A stretch of DNA of 64,000 bases, taken from an uncultured bacterium. GTDB lineage: Bacteria > Patescibacteriota > Minisyncoccia > Phycocordibacterales > CAIRYW01. Location: NCBI GenBank assembly GCA_903882905.1, contig CAIRYW010000027.1:1031-65030 (forward strand), read 5' to 3'. Shown one piece after another: positions 17,449 through 27,040 of the stretch (positions within the stretch are counted from its first letter, which is position 1; every line of letters starts with the position of its first letter). The notes under the pieces were generated by a model. It made no database searches and had not been told where the DNA came from. It was given only the letters and a program-made list of their open reading frames with translations. A program made the position numbers and the translations under genes.

Positions 17449-17841
17449 ATGTCGAATAGGTTCAGCGGGGCATTTTTTTCTTATGATCGCAAGGAAGAAG
17501 TCCAAAAAAGGGAAGTTCATAGTAGTCGTAAAGGAATGGATCAGGCGAGATTTCACCCAAAGAAGGGTTTCATTATTGAATACGATCCTCGGGGGCAATT
17601 TGGAACGATTTTTGTGAGCGAAGGGGAAAAGCGCTGTACTTTTCCATGCAACGCCCGAAAATCGGTGATGATCAAAAGGGGAAAGGGGGGGAAGCCTTAT
17701 CTTTCCAATGAGTTGCGCAAGAAGGTCAAAAGTAGTGTGGGACAAAAAGTGGTGGTTACTGAGGGTTTTTTGAATGGGGACAGTCAGCCATCTGCACTCT
17801 GGGCACCACTCGAAATTTGGACTTCTTGTGGAGGTCAATAA
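17449..17841 (+). CDS. Hypothetical protein (GC-rich ORF)
   Basis: GGAGG 7 nt upstream of the ATG. A 148-aa ORF on the opposite strand (17401-17847) overlaps it completely. Strand choice is uncertain. Confidence 0.3.
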   Translation: MSNRFSGAFFSYDRKEEVQKREVHSSRKGMDQARFHPKKGFIIEYDPRGQFGTIFVSEGEKRCTFPCNARKSVMIKRGKGGKPYLSNELRKKVKSSVGQKVVVTEGFLNGDSQPSALWAPLEIWTSCGGQ

Positions 17842-17865
17842 CCGCAAAGAACATTGCGGTATTTT

Positions 17866-18480
17866 TTATTCCTTTGCGTCGTCGAATCTTTTTTCTACTA
17901 CAGCTTGATTTGTTGCCATTAAATAGCTTTCAACATATTTCTTTTTGTCTCCTGGAACATAATCGAGCATGTATGAGTGTTCCCACATATCAATTCCATA
18001 AATAAAATCCAGACCATTTAATTGTCCAAGGTGTTGTTCGTCTACCCATGCATTTAAGAGTCTGTCAGATTTTTTGTCGTAATAAAGAATTGCCCATCCG
18101 ATTCCTCTTGTCATACAAAGTGATTTAAATTTTTCAAACCAGGCCATTGAGCTTCCGAAATCTTTTACCATTTGTTTTGAAAGCGCACTTTCTGCATTTC
18201 CGTGATTTACTCCGCCTTCTAGTTGTTCAAAATAATATTCATGGTTTCGTATCCCATTGAATTCAAAAGCGAATCGTCTCTGCATTTCATTAATTGCGTA
18301 GGTTGTGCCGGGTCCCATTGGAGTTGTTGGATCTGTATATTTACTCATCTCACCAATTGTTTCTAAAATCAAATTTGCGTGTTTTACATAGCCTGAGTAA
18401 AGCTTCAAATGCTCATCAATTGTTTTTTGAGAAATCCCTTCAATTGTTGGTATGTTAAATTTTTGTTCTGTGAATGTCAT
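17866..18480 (-). CDS. Fe/Mn superoxide dismutase
   Basis: N-terminal helical hairpin with …HH.KHH…-type segments and the C-terminal DMWEHSYMLDY metal-ligand motif. Confidence 0.85.
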   Translation of the reverse strand: MTFTEQKFNIPTIEGISQKTIDEHLKLYSGYVKHANLILETIGEMSKYTDPTTPMGPGTTYAINEMQRRFAFEFNGIRNHEYYFEQLEGGVNHGNAESALSKQMVKDFGSSMAWFEKFKSLCMTRGIGWAILYYDKKSDRLLNAWVDEQHLGQLNGLDFIYGIDMWEHSYMLDYVPGDKKKYVESYLMATNQAVVEKRFDDAKE

Positions 18481-18562
18481 ATTTTTAGTTTTAATTTATA
18501 ACTCCAAACTTCTATTAATTGTATCAAACTATGACGAGTAAGGGATTCTTTTGTTACAAAAA

Positions 18563-18590
18563 AGCCCCGCCTGAAAGGCGGGGCTTTTTT
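18563..18590. terminator. Bidirectional rho-independent terminator (agccccgcc tgaaa ggcggggct)
   Basis: 9-bp GC stem with T-runs on both sides. The same element in opposite orientation is at 26253-26279. Confidence 0.7.
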
Positions 18591-18599
18591 GTTTTTAAT

Positions 18600-18839
18600 T
18601 TAAATTAAACCAGCAGTCTTAAGAGTTTTGTATGCTCCGTTTTTCTGGATAGTCTTTATAGCTTTTGTTGAAAGCACAAGGGAAATACTTCTTTGTAGTT
18701 CAGGAATAAAAATTTTCTTCTTTTGAAGGTTTACTTGAACGCGCTTTTTTCCACAAGGATTAAACTTAGTCGCACGAGTGCGGTTTGAGTATTTTCCTTG
18801 CATTTTTGATGTTTTTTGTGTGATTGGACAGGTTTTCAT
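18600..18839 (-). CDS. rpmB: Ribosomal protein L28
   Basis: 79 aa, basic. The MKTCPITQK…NRTRATKFNPCGKKRVQVNLQKK pattern matches L28. Confidence 0.75.
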   Translation of the reverse strand: MKTCPITQKTSKMQGKYSNRTRATKFNPCGKKRVQVNLQKKKIFIPELQRSISLVLSTKAIKTIQKNGAYKTLKTAGLI

Positions 18840-18896
18840 GATTATTTTTTTACGCTAGCTTTGCTACGTAATTCCAAGATGTTATCATAAGCGCTA

Positions 18897-19511
18897 ATGC
18901 AAATCAACTTTATCTTCGCAATTGTGACACTTATAGTGTCTGTTATCCTTCATGAAATTTCACATGGTTATGCCGCTTATTTTTTGGGTGATCCAACAGC
19001 AAAGTATCAAGGGAGACTTTCTTTGAACCCTTTGAAGCATATTGATATGTTTGGTTCAATTATTTTTCCAGCAATTTCATATTTAATCGGTGGAGTTATT
19101 TTTGGTTGGGCAAAGCCGGTTCCTTACAATCCATATAATTTAAAAGGTGGAAAATGGGGCGAAGCGGTTGTGGCAGTTGCGGGTCCTTCTGCAAATATTT
19201 TTCTAGCTTTGGTTTTTTCAATATATGTTAGGTTTGCTGGCGTCGGTGCTTTTAGTGTTTCTGCTGTGACGCTCGCTTCTTATATAGTGCTTGTAAATAT
19301 TTATTTGGCTATATTTAATCTTATTCCTATTCCTCCACTTGATGGTTCAAGGATACTGGGTGCACTTTTTCCTCTTCAATTCAGAAACTTTGTACATAAA
19401 ATTGAAGGTTACTCATTTATTATTCTTATTTTTTTTGTTGTATTTCTAGCTGGTTTTATTCAACCCTTAGTTTCTTTTTTGTTTCACTTGTTCACAGGTT
19501 TGGCTTTGTAA
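18897..19511 (+). CDS. Site-2 protease family (M50-like) membrane zinc metalloprotease
   Basis: HEISHG (HExxH) within TM1, multi-TM, and …LNPLKHID… typical of the SpoIVFB/S2P-like family. Confidence 0.65.
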   Translation: MQINFIFAIVTLIVSVILHEISHGYAAYFLGDPTAKYQGRLSLNPLKHIDMFGSIIFPAISYLIGGVIFGWAKPVPYNPYNLKGGKWGEAVVAVAGPSANIFLALVFSIYVRFAGVGAFSVSAVTLASYIVLVNIYLAIFNLIPIPPLDGSRILGALFPLQFRNFVHKIEGYSFIILIFFVVFLAGFIQPLVSFLFHLFTGLAL

Positions 19512-19564
19512 TTTCTTGTATTAGGCATAAACTTAAATCTGAGTTATGTATATCAAACTGAACC

Positions 19565-19730
19565 TTCGCAGGCGCCTTGACGCCATGTCACGTTCCTTCA
19601 ACTTTAATTTGCGCCAAATTGGCAGGCGTATTAGCGCAAGAAAGCGTGTTCCTGATTTTATCAGGTGCGGTCGGTTTTAAGCCGATAAAGCATTTCGTTT
19701 AGCGAGAGCCTTCTGTCTCGCTATTTTTTT
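19565..19730 (+). ncRNA. Candidate structured ncRNA or leader ending in a rho-independent terminator (gcgagagcc ttc tgtctcgc + T7), upstream of rpsL
   Basis: GC-richer 160-nt segment with several local hairpins (ggcgccttgacgcc; cctgattttatcagg) and no plausible ORF. Confidence 0.3.
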
Positions 19731-19823
19731 GCTCACATATTCAAAGGCTATTGCATTTATCGCCGGTTCATATTAAAGTATTCGAAAGCTTCATTTGGGG
19801 CTTTTTTGTTTCAGTAGAAAAAA

Positions 19824-20240
19824 ATGTCAACAATAAATCAATTAATCAGAAAACCAAGAAGACAAAAGGAAAAAAAGCTTAAAGCTGGAGCCCTTAGACG
19901 TGGTTTTAATGCTCTAAAAAACAAACCAACTTTTTACTGTTCATCATTTAAGAGAGGGGTTTGTACAAAAGTAACCACAAAGACTCCAAAGAAACCTAAC
20001 TCAGCTATCAGAAAAATTGCGAGAGTGCGTCTTACAAATGGGTTGGAAGTAACAGCTTATATCCCAGGTGAAGGACACAATCTCCAAGAACACTCAGTGG
20101 TAGTTCTAAGAGGAGGAAAGGTTAGAGACGTAGGACTTCGATACACAATTGTTCGAGGTGTACTTGATGCTGCGGGAGTAGAAAAGAGAAGAAAAGAAAG
20201 ATCAATGTATGGTACAAAAAGACCTAAAGCAGCTAATTAA
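19824..20240 (+). CDS. rpsL: Ribosomal protein S12
   Basis: STINQLIRK…PKKPNSA.RK…[24 protein letters not shown]. Confidence 0.95.
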   Translation: MSTINQLIRKPRRQKEKKLKAGALRRGFNALKNKPTFYCSSFKRGVCTKVTTKTPKKPNSAIRKIARVRLTNGLEVTAYIPGEGHNLQEHSVVVLRGGKVRDVGLRYTIVRGVLDAAGVEKRRKERSMYGTKRPKAAN

Positions 20241-20275
20241 TCTATCAACTGTAAACTATAAACTTTAAACTAATT

Positions 20276-20746
20276 ATGCGAAGACCAGTAAAAAACAGAA
20301 ATATTGTAAAGGAAGACATTCAGTTTAACTCTGAAAAGATTTCTAAATTCATAAACTACGTTATGGGAAGCGGAAAGAAAAATGCTGCTCGAAAAATTGT
20401 TTATGGAGCACTAGAAAAAATCAAAGAAGATTTGAAAGTTGAAAATCCTTTGGAAATTTTTGAAAGTGCACTGAAGAATACAGGACCACTTATGGAAGTT
20501 CGCTCAAGAAGAGTTGGAGGAGCTAACTATCAAGTTCCAAGAGAAATCCGTGTACAAAGAAGAGATTTTCTTTCAATGAAGTGGATTATCGAAGCTGCCC
20601 GAAACAAAAAAGGAAAACCAATGCACTTAAAACTTGCAGAAGAAATTATTTCAGCTCACAAGAATGAAGGTGAAGCAGTTAAAAAGCGTGAGAACACTCA
20701 CAAGATGGCAGAAGCTAACAAGGCCTTTGCCCACTTTGCTTGGTAG
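20276..20746 (+). CDS. rpsG: Ribosomal protein S7
   Basis: Conserved S7 core (…GKK..A..I.Y.A…RR.GGA.YQVP…). Confidence 0.9.
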   Translation: MRRPVKNRNIVKEDIQFNSEKISKFINYVMGSGKKNAARKIVYGALEKIKEDLKVENPLEIFESALKNTGPLMEVRSRRVGGANYQVPREIRVQRRDFLSMKWIIEAARNKKGKPMHLKLAEEIISAHKNEGEAVKKRENTHKMAEANKAFAHFAW

Positions 20747-20914
20747 ACAGATTAAAATTTTTGAAAATTTCGTCGTTAGATTTTCCGTTCGCTTCCGCGC
20801 AGTATTTTTAATACAGCTTGGGCGCGATACTCAAATCTGCCTAGAACTTTTCTAAAAATTTTAATCTTTCGTGTAATTTATTAAAAAATAATTAATTAAT
20901 AGAAATATATTTTT

Positions 20915-23056
20915 ATGGAACGTGATTATCCTTTAGAAAAAGTTAGAAATTTCGGTATTATTGCGCATATCGATGCGGGTAAGACAACAACTTCTGAGCG
21001 TGTTTTGTATTACACAGGAATGAGTCACAAGATTGGAGAAGTGCACGAAGGAGAAGCTGTTACTGACTGGATGGAACAGGAAAAAGAGAGAGGAATCACA
21101 ATTACTGCAGCGGCTATTACATGTTTCTGGAACCCAACATATATGGGAACTGATAAATCTTTGATGCATCGTTTTAATATTATCGATACACCTGGTCACG
21201 TGGACTTTACAGTGGAAGTAGAAAGATCACTTAAAGTTCTTGACGGAGGAGTTGTGGTTTTTGACGGAGTAGCGGGAGTAGAACCGCAATCAGAAACAGT
21301 TTGGAGACAGGCTGATAAATATCATGTACCAAGAATTTGTTTCATAAACAAACTTGATAGAATTGGAGCTTCATTTGAAAGAAGTTATGCATCTATTCTT
21401 GAAAGATTAAATAAACACGCAGTAAGAATGCAGATTCCTATTGGAGAAGAAGATAAGCATGAAGGAGTAATTGATCTTATGAAAATGAAGGCTTATTACT
21501 TTGAAGGTGATATGGGAAGTACTGTCCGGGAAGCTGAAATTCCTTCTGAATATCTTGCAGACGCAACAAAATACCGAGCAGAACTTGTAGAAAGAATTGT
21601 AGAACACGATGATGATTTAATGACAGCTTTTCTTGAAGGAAAAGAAATTGCAATGCCAGTTCTAAAAGAAACTTTGAGAAAGGCAACAATTGAAAACAAA
21701 ATTTACCCAGTATTTACTGGTTCAGCATTGAAGAACAAAGGAGTTCAATTGATTCTTGATGCTGTTGTTGAATATCTTCCATCTCCACTCGATATTCCTC
21801 CAGTAAAAGGACTTGATCCAAAAACCGGTGAAGAAATTGTCAGACACGCATCAGATACAGAGCCTTTTTCTGCACTCGCATTTAAATTACAGACAGACCC
21901 ATTCGTAGGTCAGCTCACATTCTTTAGAGTTTATTCTGGAACAATCGAATCAGGAACTTATATTTACAACTCAACAACAGGAAACAAAGAAAGACTTGGA
22001 AGAATCGTTCGACTTCAAGCAAACAAAAGAGAAGAAGTAAAAAAAGTTTACGCTGGAGAAATTGCAGCAGCGGTGAGTTTGAAAGAAGCAAAAACATCTC
22101 ACACTTTTTGTGACGAAAATCAACCGATTATTCTTGATCCAATTAAATTTGCTGAACCGGTTGTATCCCTCCGAATTGAACCAAAAACAAAAGCTGATCA
22201 AGAGAAAATGGGTATGGCTTTGAAAAAACTTGGAGATGAGGATCCAACATTTAGAATTTCTTCAAACACAGAAACAGGAGAAACAATTATTTCTGGAATG
22301 GGAGAGCTTCACTTGGAAATTATGATTGATCGTATGAAGAGAGAATTTGCCGTTGAAGCAAACGTTGGTAAGCCTCAGGTAGCATACAGAGAAACAATTT
22401 TGGGAACTGCAGAAGCAGAACACAAATACATCAAGCAATCTGGAGGAAAAGGACAATACGGTCACGTTAAACTTAATATCAAACCACTTCAACCTCTTGA
22501 AGAAGGTAAAAAACTTCCTAAGAACGTTAAGAGAGAAGAAGGGTTTGAATTTATTGATTCAATTAAGGGAGGAGTTATTCCACAAGAATTTATTCCTGCT
22601 GTTATGAAAGGTGTTAAAGAGGGAATGGATAGAGGAATTGTTGCTGGTTTCCACTTAACAAATATTTCTTGTGAACTTACTTATGGTTCTTACCACGATG
22701 TGGACTCATCTGAAATTGCATACAAAATCGCCGCTTCTCAAGCTTTTCAAGACGCAGCAAAAAGAGCTCGCCCAGTTATTCTTGAGCCAATCATGAAAAT
22801 TGAAGTTGTTACTCCAGAAAAATTCATGGGAGACGTAACAGGAAATCTAAACTCAAAGAGAGCTCAAATTATTTCTATGGGTGAGAGAGGTCAAAACAAA
22901 GTTCTTGTTGCAACGGTGCCGCTTTCTGAAATGTTTGGTTACACAACTTCTCTTCGATCACTTACAGAAGGACGCGCTTCATCAACAATGGAATTTGATC
23001 ACTACGATGTAGTTCCAGCAAACATTGAAAAGGTGATTGTGGAATCAAGAAAGTAA
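20915..23056 (+). CDS. fusA: Elongation factor G
   Basis: [27 protein letters not shown]-domain motifs. 713 aa. Confidence 0.95.
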   Translation: MERDYPLEKVRNFGIIAHIDAGKTTTSERVLYYTGMSHKIGEVHEGEAVTDWMEQEKERGITITAAAITCFWNPTYMGTDKSLMHRFNIIDTPGHVDFTVEVERSLKVLDGGVVVFDGVAGVEPQSETVWRQADKYHVPRICFINKLDRIGASFERSYASILERLNKHAVRMQIPIGEEDKHEGVIDLMKMKAYYFEGDMGSTVREAEIPSEYLADATKYRAELVERIVEHDDDLMTAFLEGKEIAMPVLKETLRKATIENKIYPVFTGSALKNKGVQLILDAVVEYLPSPLDIPPVKGLDPKTGEEIVRHASDTEPFSALAFKLQTDPFVGQLTFFRVYSGTIESGTYIYNSTTGNKERLGRIVRLQANKREEVKKVYAGEIAAAVSLKEAKTSHTFCDENQPIILDPIKFAEPVVSLRIEPKTKADQEKMGMALKKLGDEDPTFRISSNTETGETIISGMGELHLEIMIDRMKREFAVEANVGKPQVAYRETILGTAEAEHKYIKQSGGKGQYGHVKLNIKPLQPLEEGKKLPKNVKREEGFEFIDSIKGGVIPQEFIPAVMKGVKEGMDRGIVAGFHLTNISCELTYGSYHDVDSSEIAYKIAASQAFQDAAKRARPVILEPIMKIEVVTPEKFMGDVTGNLNSKRAQIISMGERGQNKVLVATVPLSEMFGYTTSLRSLTEGRASSTMEFDHYDVVPANIEKVIVESRK

Positions 23057-23076
23057 AATAATTAAAGTTGAAAAAA

Positions 23077-23108
23077 GCCCCGTTCGCCTAGGCAGACGGG
23101 GTTTTTTT
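23077..23108 (+). terminator. Rho-independent terminator after fusA
   Basis: agccccgttcgcctaggcagacggggt followed by T7. Confidence 0.65.
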
Positions 23109-23144
23109 CTTGTATTTTTTTCTAATTACTTTAATATAAGTTTT

Positions 23145-23585
23145 ATGAATATTGTGTTCCTTCCGTCGGTTAGCCTGGCTTCTTTGGCCTTAACTCTTCT
23201 CGCAATGCTCGGTGTGTCTGTTGTGATTCTTTTCATCCCAAACCCTATTACTGTGTGGAAGCGCTTCCATCCAGTTAAACAAGAAGAAATGCCAGATCGC
23301 TTCTGGTATAAAGTTCTCGAGGTGATTCGAAAAGATGGCGCAATCATATTACATCTCAGGGAGAACCGTTTTCCTGGAAAGGAATTGTTTTGCACCCTGC
23401 GGCAAGAAGATGGGTGCGAAAGGATTGAGTACCGCGAGCACGTTCTTTCAAAACATAGTCTTGATCTATGTGTTTCATTTTTATCTCACCGCCGCATAGA
23501 CGGAGAGACGATATGGTGCATGGATTTTGACACGAAAGAAAGTTGCAATATTTCGCACGTACTTTGGCGGTTTAATAATCCCTGA
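23145..23585 (+). CDS. Hypothetical small membrane protein (GC-rich region)
   Basis: Internal ATG after the fusA terminator. N-terminal TM (VFLPSVSLASLALTLLAMLGVSVVILF). Other-strand ORFs are low-complexity. Confidence 0.3.
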   Translation: MNIVFLPSVSLASLALTLLAMLGVSVVILFIPNPITVWKRFHPVKQEEMPDRFWYKVLEVIRKDGAIILHLRENRFPGKELFCTLRQEDGCERIEYREHVLSKHSLDLCVSFLSHRRIDGETIWCMDFDTKESCNISHVLWRFNNP

Positions 23586-23702
23586 GTCACATCGAATTGA
23601 AATCTCGTAAATTTCAAACCCGGATTTAGTCCGGTATTTTTTTTGCCAAAATTGACTTTTTTGTTGAATAAAGATAATTTTACTTTGGTAAATTTGAAAA
23701 TC

Positions 23703-23963
23703 ATGAAAACCAATCCTAATGAAAGAGAGTTGCACGAGTTTGGTGCACTCTGTGCAAAACTCGGAGGAATCTTCGGGTCTGACCTGCATAGAATCCTCGA
23801 ATCAATCAATGGGTCTTTTGAGGCAAAAAGGCTCATTGGTCTTGCGCTTGGACAAGAAAAAAACGAGGTGTTTCTAAAAAAGGTTGATCCTGATGACATG
23901 TCTTTCGTAGGGCTTTGTTTCAGCGACATCTATGCTCCGCTGTGCGAAGTTTTCTTCAGTTAA
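23703..23963 (+). CDS. Hypothetical small protein
   Basis: ORF MKTNPNERELHEFGALCAKLGG…. A competing minus-strand ORF is low-complexity. Weak call. Confidence 0.2.
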   Translation: MKTNPNERELHEFGALCAKLGGIFGSDLHRILESINGSFEAKRLIGLALGQEKNEVFLKKVDPDDMSFVGLCFSDIYAPLCEVFFS

Positions 23964-24330
23964 TAATTCTCTGTTCCTTCCAATCTGGCGACCATTCAAT
24001 GGCGTCATTTTTTTTGCAAAAAAAATCGCCAGAGAAATTATTTTTTCTTATGGCGCTTTAGTTTTTTGGGATCGTGAACCCATTTGTATCTTAGTGCCTC
24101 ATGAATGGTGAAGATACAATAGGTTTCTCTAGGGAATTCAATTTTTTCAGGAATTTTTTTGAAGGAACTGAACCTTCTTGCTTTTTTGGGTTTTTCAACC
24201 CGACCCCTTTTTTTACCGAGAAACTTTTCAGTTTTTAAGAACATTACCACGTAAAAAATTTCCATAGCTAAGAATATTCTATTAAATTTAATCCCAATAA
24301 GCGAATAATAATTTTTTTTGTATAAAAAAT

Positions 24331-24349
24331 GGAGCGCTGTTGGCGCTCC
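24331..24349 (-). terminator. Rho-independent terminator for the minus-strand tyrA/ACT gene
   Basis: ggagcgcc aaca ggcgctcc, followed by T-run on the minus strand. Confidence 0.55.
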
Positions 24350-24967
24350 TTAGGAAACAACTTTTATAGAAACATCTCGCCACTTTTCGATTTCTTCCAG
24401 CGTAAGTCGCACAGCGTCCGAAGATTTTGAGGATTCGAAACTGATTGAAAATTGTAGCTGGTTTCCGTCGATTGCAGCAAAGTTGAAACCTGTCAGGTTG
24501 ATGTCTCGTTTACCGAATGCTCTGAGTATTCTTTCTCCAAGTCTTGGTTTGTCGTCTGCCTTGGAGTACTCGAGAATGATTGAGTTCTTGCCGTAGATCG
24601 TTTTGGTTACAGCAATCTGACGTTGAAAAAGGGTGTCGGCTTCTTTGATCACATCGTGACCAAAGTGGGCTTTAGCTTTTGCAAAGAGATTGCGTAGTCC
24701 TCGGCGATTTTTCTTTTCAATCATCCGCACAAGTCTGGTGTCCAGTTTGACTCTCCTTTGAAAAGTTTCCAGCGAAACTGGATTTTCGAGGAGCATGTCG
24801 ATGTAGAGATCGGCATTATGGTTCAGAAGTCGTCCCATGAGCGAGAACATCACTCGGTAGAACGGACTTGTGAAAGCCAGACTTTTTTGGACTGAGATTC
24901 CCATCTCTGCGATCATTACCGCATTGATGAGGTTACTCATATGAGGGTTAGTTTGCACGCCCTGCAT
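24350..24967 (-). CDS. C-terminal part of a prephenate dehydrogenase-like protein plus ACT regulatory domain. It is in frame with, and separated by a single TAA from, the upstream ORF
   Basis: ACT-like C-terminus (…RLGERILRAFGKRDINLTGFNFAAIDGNQLQFSISFESS…). Same reading frame as 24980-26071. Confidence 0.5.
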   Translation of the reverse strand: MQGVQTNPHMSNLINAVMIAEMGISVQKSLAFTSPFYRVMFSLMGRLLNHNADLYIDMLLENPVSLETFQRRVKLDTRLVRMIEKKNRRGLRNLFAKAKAHFGHDVIKEADTLFQRQIAVTKTIYGKNSIILEYSKADDKPRLGERILRAFGKRDINLTGFNFAAIDGNQLQFSISFESSKSSDAVRLTLEEIEKWRDVSIKVVS

Positions 24968-24979
24968 ATAAATATCATG

Positions 24980-26071
24980 TTAGGTTGGATTGCTCCACTC
25001 GATTTTCATCTCAGTTCTTGCGAGCAGATTAACCACCCAAGTTTTCCATTCAGGTTTTTTAAGCCTTGCTGGACAAACAACCATTGTTTGGTCGTTAAAC
25101 GACAGACTTGGGGCAAACATCGGGTGAAACCCGATCACTTGAGCTTTGCTTTTGAGCATTTCGCGTACCGCGGGACTTTTGACGGAAGTGATATCCATCG
25201 CAAGTTTGTCCTCGGTCAGGTATTTGGCTACCGATCGGATAACACTGGGTGTTTTTCTAATCGGCAAAGCGAAAGCAACCACATCAGCCTTTCTCGCCAC
25301 ATCTGAATTTTTCAGACCGGTCTTTTCTTTGGGATCAGACCAAATGACGTTTAAACCAATTCCAGTAGCGAATTTCTCGAGTGCTTTTCCAAATTTCCCG
25401 TGGCCGATGATGCCAAAGGTCAAAGCTTTTACTTCGGCTTTGTTTTCCAGAAGTTGGAAGGTTGTTATGTTCCTTTGAATGTCCTGGATATTTTCGGCAA
25501 GCACACGAAGTCCGTAGGGTTTTGCTGCACGTTTAGGTGAGATTGATCCAAACGCTTTAGTTTTGCCGGAAACGAATTTCGCCGCATAGCCTGTGGAATC
25601 GCAGTTACTTCTTTTGTTTGCGGTGATACCGATGCTGTCGAGGAATTTTCCGCACTGACCGATTGCCTCTTCTTTTGAGAAGACTCTTTCCAACTGGTCG
25701 ATTGAGGTGATGTTTTTTGGGACAAGCAAGCAGTGATTGACCCGAAGTTTGAGAGTGTCGACGACTGAAAAATCGTAACCCAAACCACGAAGTCTATTTA
25801 CCTCATCCGTTACGCTTTTTACTTCTCCTTTTGTAGAGTTGTGGATCGGGATGACTCCAAATCCAGGGCTTTCAGATAGTTGCTTGAGCAGGTTGTTGTG
25901 ACTCCCGCAAAAAACAATCTCATACTCACCTTTTTTCCATCCCCGTCGGCGGATGAACTCACAAGCTGCATCATGCCCATTTGTGAAGGCATCAAGTACT
26001 AATATTCGTTTTTTCATAGGTTTTTCTTTGTTTCCTGATGTAAATGAACTGCTCCGTCTGGAGCAAAACAC
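24980..26071 (-). CDS. Prephenate dehydratase domain fused to prephenate/arogenate dehydrogenase NAD-binding domain (PheA-TyrA-like). It terminates at an in-frame TAA
   Basis: PDT signature (…GVIPIHNSTKGEV…, …LRVLAENIQD…) followed by TyrA-like GIIGHGKFG Rossmann and …VIGFHPMFAP…. About 45% GC. Confidence 0.6.
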   Translation of the reverse strand: MFCSRRSSSFTSGNKEKPMKKRILVLDAFTNGHDAACEFIRRRGWKKGEYEIVFCGSHNNLLKQLSESPGFGVIPIHNSTKGEVKSVTDEVNRLRGLGYDFSVVDTLKLRVNHCLLVPKNITSIDQLERVFSKEEAIGQCGKFLDSIGITANKRSNCDSTGYAAKFVSGKTKAFGSISPKRAAKPYGLRVLAENIQDIQRNITTFQLLENKAEVKALTFGIIGHGKFGKALEKFATGIGLNVIWSDPKEKTGLKNSDVARKADVVAFALPIRKTPSVIRSVAKYLTEDKLAMDITSVKSPAVREMLKSKAQVIGFHPMFAPSLSFNDQTMVVCPARLKKPEWKTWVVNLLARTEMKIEWSNPT

Positions 26072-26252
26072 TTGCTTCAGAGGTTTATGTTTGAATATTG
26101 ATGTTTAGTACCTTAAAAGTCAATTATTTCGGAAAACGTTTGACATTAAAAAACAAAGTAGTAGCATTTAAATATAAATGATTAACAAATTTTATTTTCA
26201 GTATTTCTTTAAGAACTGCCCGAAAGGCTAGGTTTTTTGATTTTTAATCTTA

Positions 26253-26279
26253 AAGCCCCGCCTTTCAGGCGGGGCTTTT
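26253..26279. terminator. Bidirectional terminator (agccccgcc tttca ggcggggct), reverse complement of the element at 18563
   Basis: Identical arms in opposite orientation. Confidence 0.65.
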
Positions 26280-26313
26280 GTTTGTCGGAAAGTGCGTCTA
26301 ATATCAGGCTCAC

Positions 26314-26748
26314 TTGTCGGGAAACAAAAAAATGAAAAATATTTTAATTTTGAAGGTTAGTGGGATCGCTGACCTTCGACAGTACATTGCCGCCATTGGA
26401 GAATTTCTTCAAGGTATTTCCTTGTTTATTGTCCCTGCAGACTCGCAGGTACAACTGAATGGGGACGTTCCGGATGGCGTGGTTGTTTTAAAGCATGAGG
26501 AAGAAGGTCGTGAGTGGAGGATTATCCAGGTCGGCAATACCTGCCGATTTGAAAAGCCACCAGTCACCGTGCCGATTGTCCACTTATACAGACCTGCGTT
26601 TTCTACTATTATCAAGTTGCTCGAGCGCTTGAATTCAGAGGACGAAGAGAAAATATCTGGAGTCTATCTGGAGAATTCTCTGCCAGGAATTGCCGGGTCT
26701 ATTGCTTCGGCCCTTGTGAAATTTGGTCCTCAGCCCAAACAACCCTAG
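26314..26748 (+). CDS. Hypothetical protein (GC-rich, about 50%)
   Basis: 144-aa ORF. The likely start is MKNILILKV at 26332. It is followed by two hairpins. Confidence 0.35.
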   Translation: MSGNKKMKNILILKVSGIADLRQYIAAIGEFLQGISLFIVPADSQVQLNGDVPDGVVVLKHEEEGREWRIIQVGNTCRFEKPPVTVPIVHLYRPAFSTIIKLLERLNSEDEEKISGVYLENSLPGIAGSIASALVKFGPQPKQP

Positions 26749-26777
26749 TTAGCGGTCCCTCGACCGCTATTTTTTAT

Positions 26778-26817
26778 ACCCAGCACCTTCTTTTTTTCCA
26801 AAAAAGAAGGTGCTGGG
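26778..26817. repeat. Palindromic element cccagcaccttcttttttt cc aaaaaagaaggtgctggg (18-bp stem)
   Basis: Shares its 'cccagcacctt…aaggtgctggg' arms with the hairpin at 7143-7183. Confidence 0.7.
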
Positions 26818-27040
26818 TTGACATCTTTTTGACTATTGTGATAGTATGACCATCACGCAATTTGCGGTGTTTTTTGTATTTTAAATAGATTCAAATGGCA
26901 CCAAGTTTGCTATAAGAAGGTAAAAAAATCTTCGCCCGAAGCGAAGATACGGTTTCTAAGTTACTTCTGAAATGACCTTCGCGCTTATTTCAGAGGAGAA
27001 TTAGAACCAAAATTATTAAAGTAACTATTAAATAAATCAT

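Noticed and set aside
17401-17847. 148-aa minus-strand ORF overlapping the 17449-17841 plus-strand ORF
   Set aside because: It has no RBS, and its composition is equally odd on both strands. The plus-strand ORF has GGAGG at the right spacing, so it was preferred. Both calls remain weak.
23486-23929. 147-aa minus-strand ORF (Ser/Phe-rich)
   Set aside because: The translation is low-complexity with no start context. The plus-strand small ORF is slightly more plausible, but neither is convincing.
26830-27040. tRNA cluster expected upstream of tuf
   Set aside because: I scanned for GTTCGA/GTTCAA T-arm signatures and cloverleaf-sized segments and found none. The region has only leader-like hairpins.
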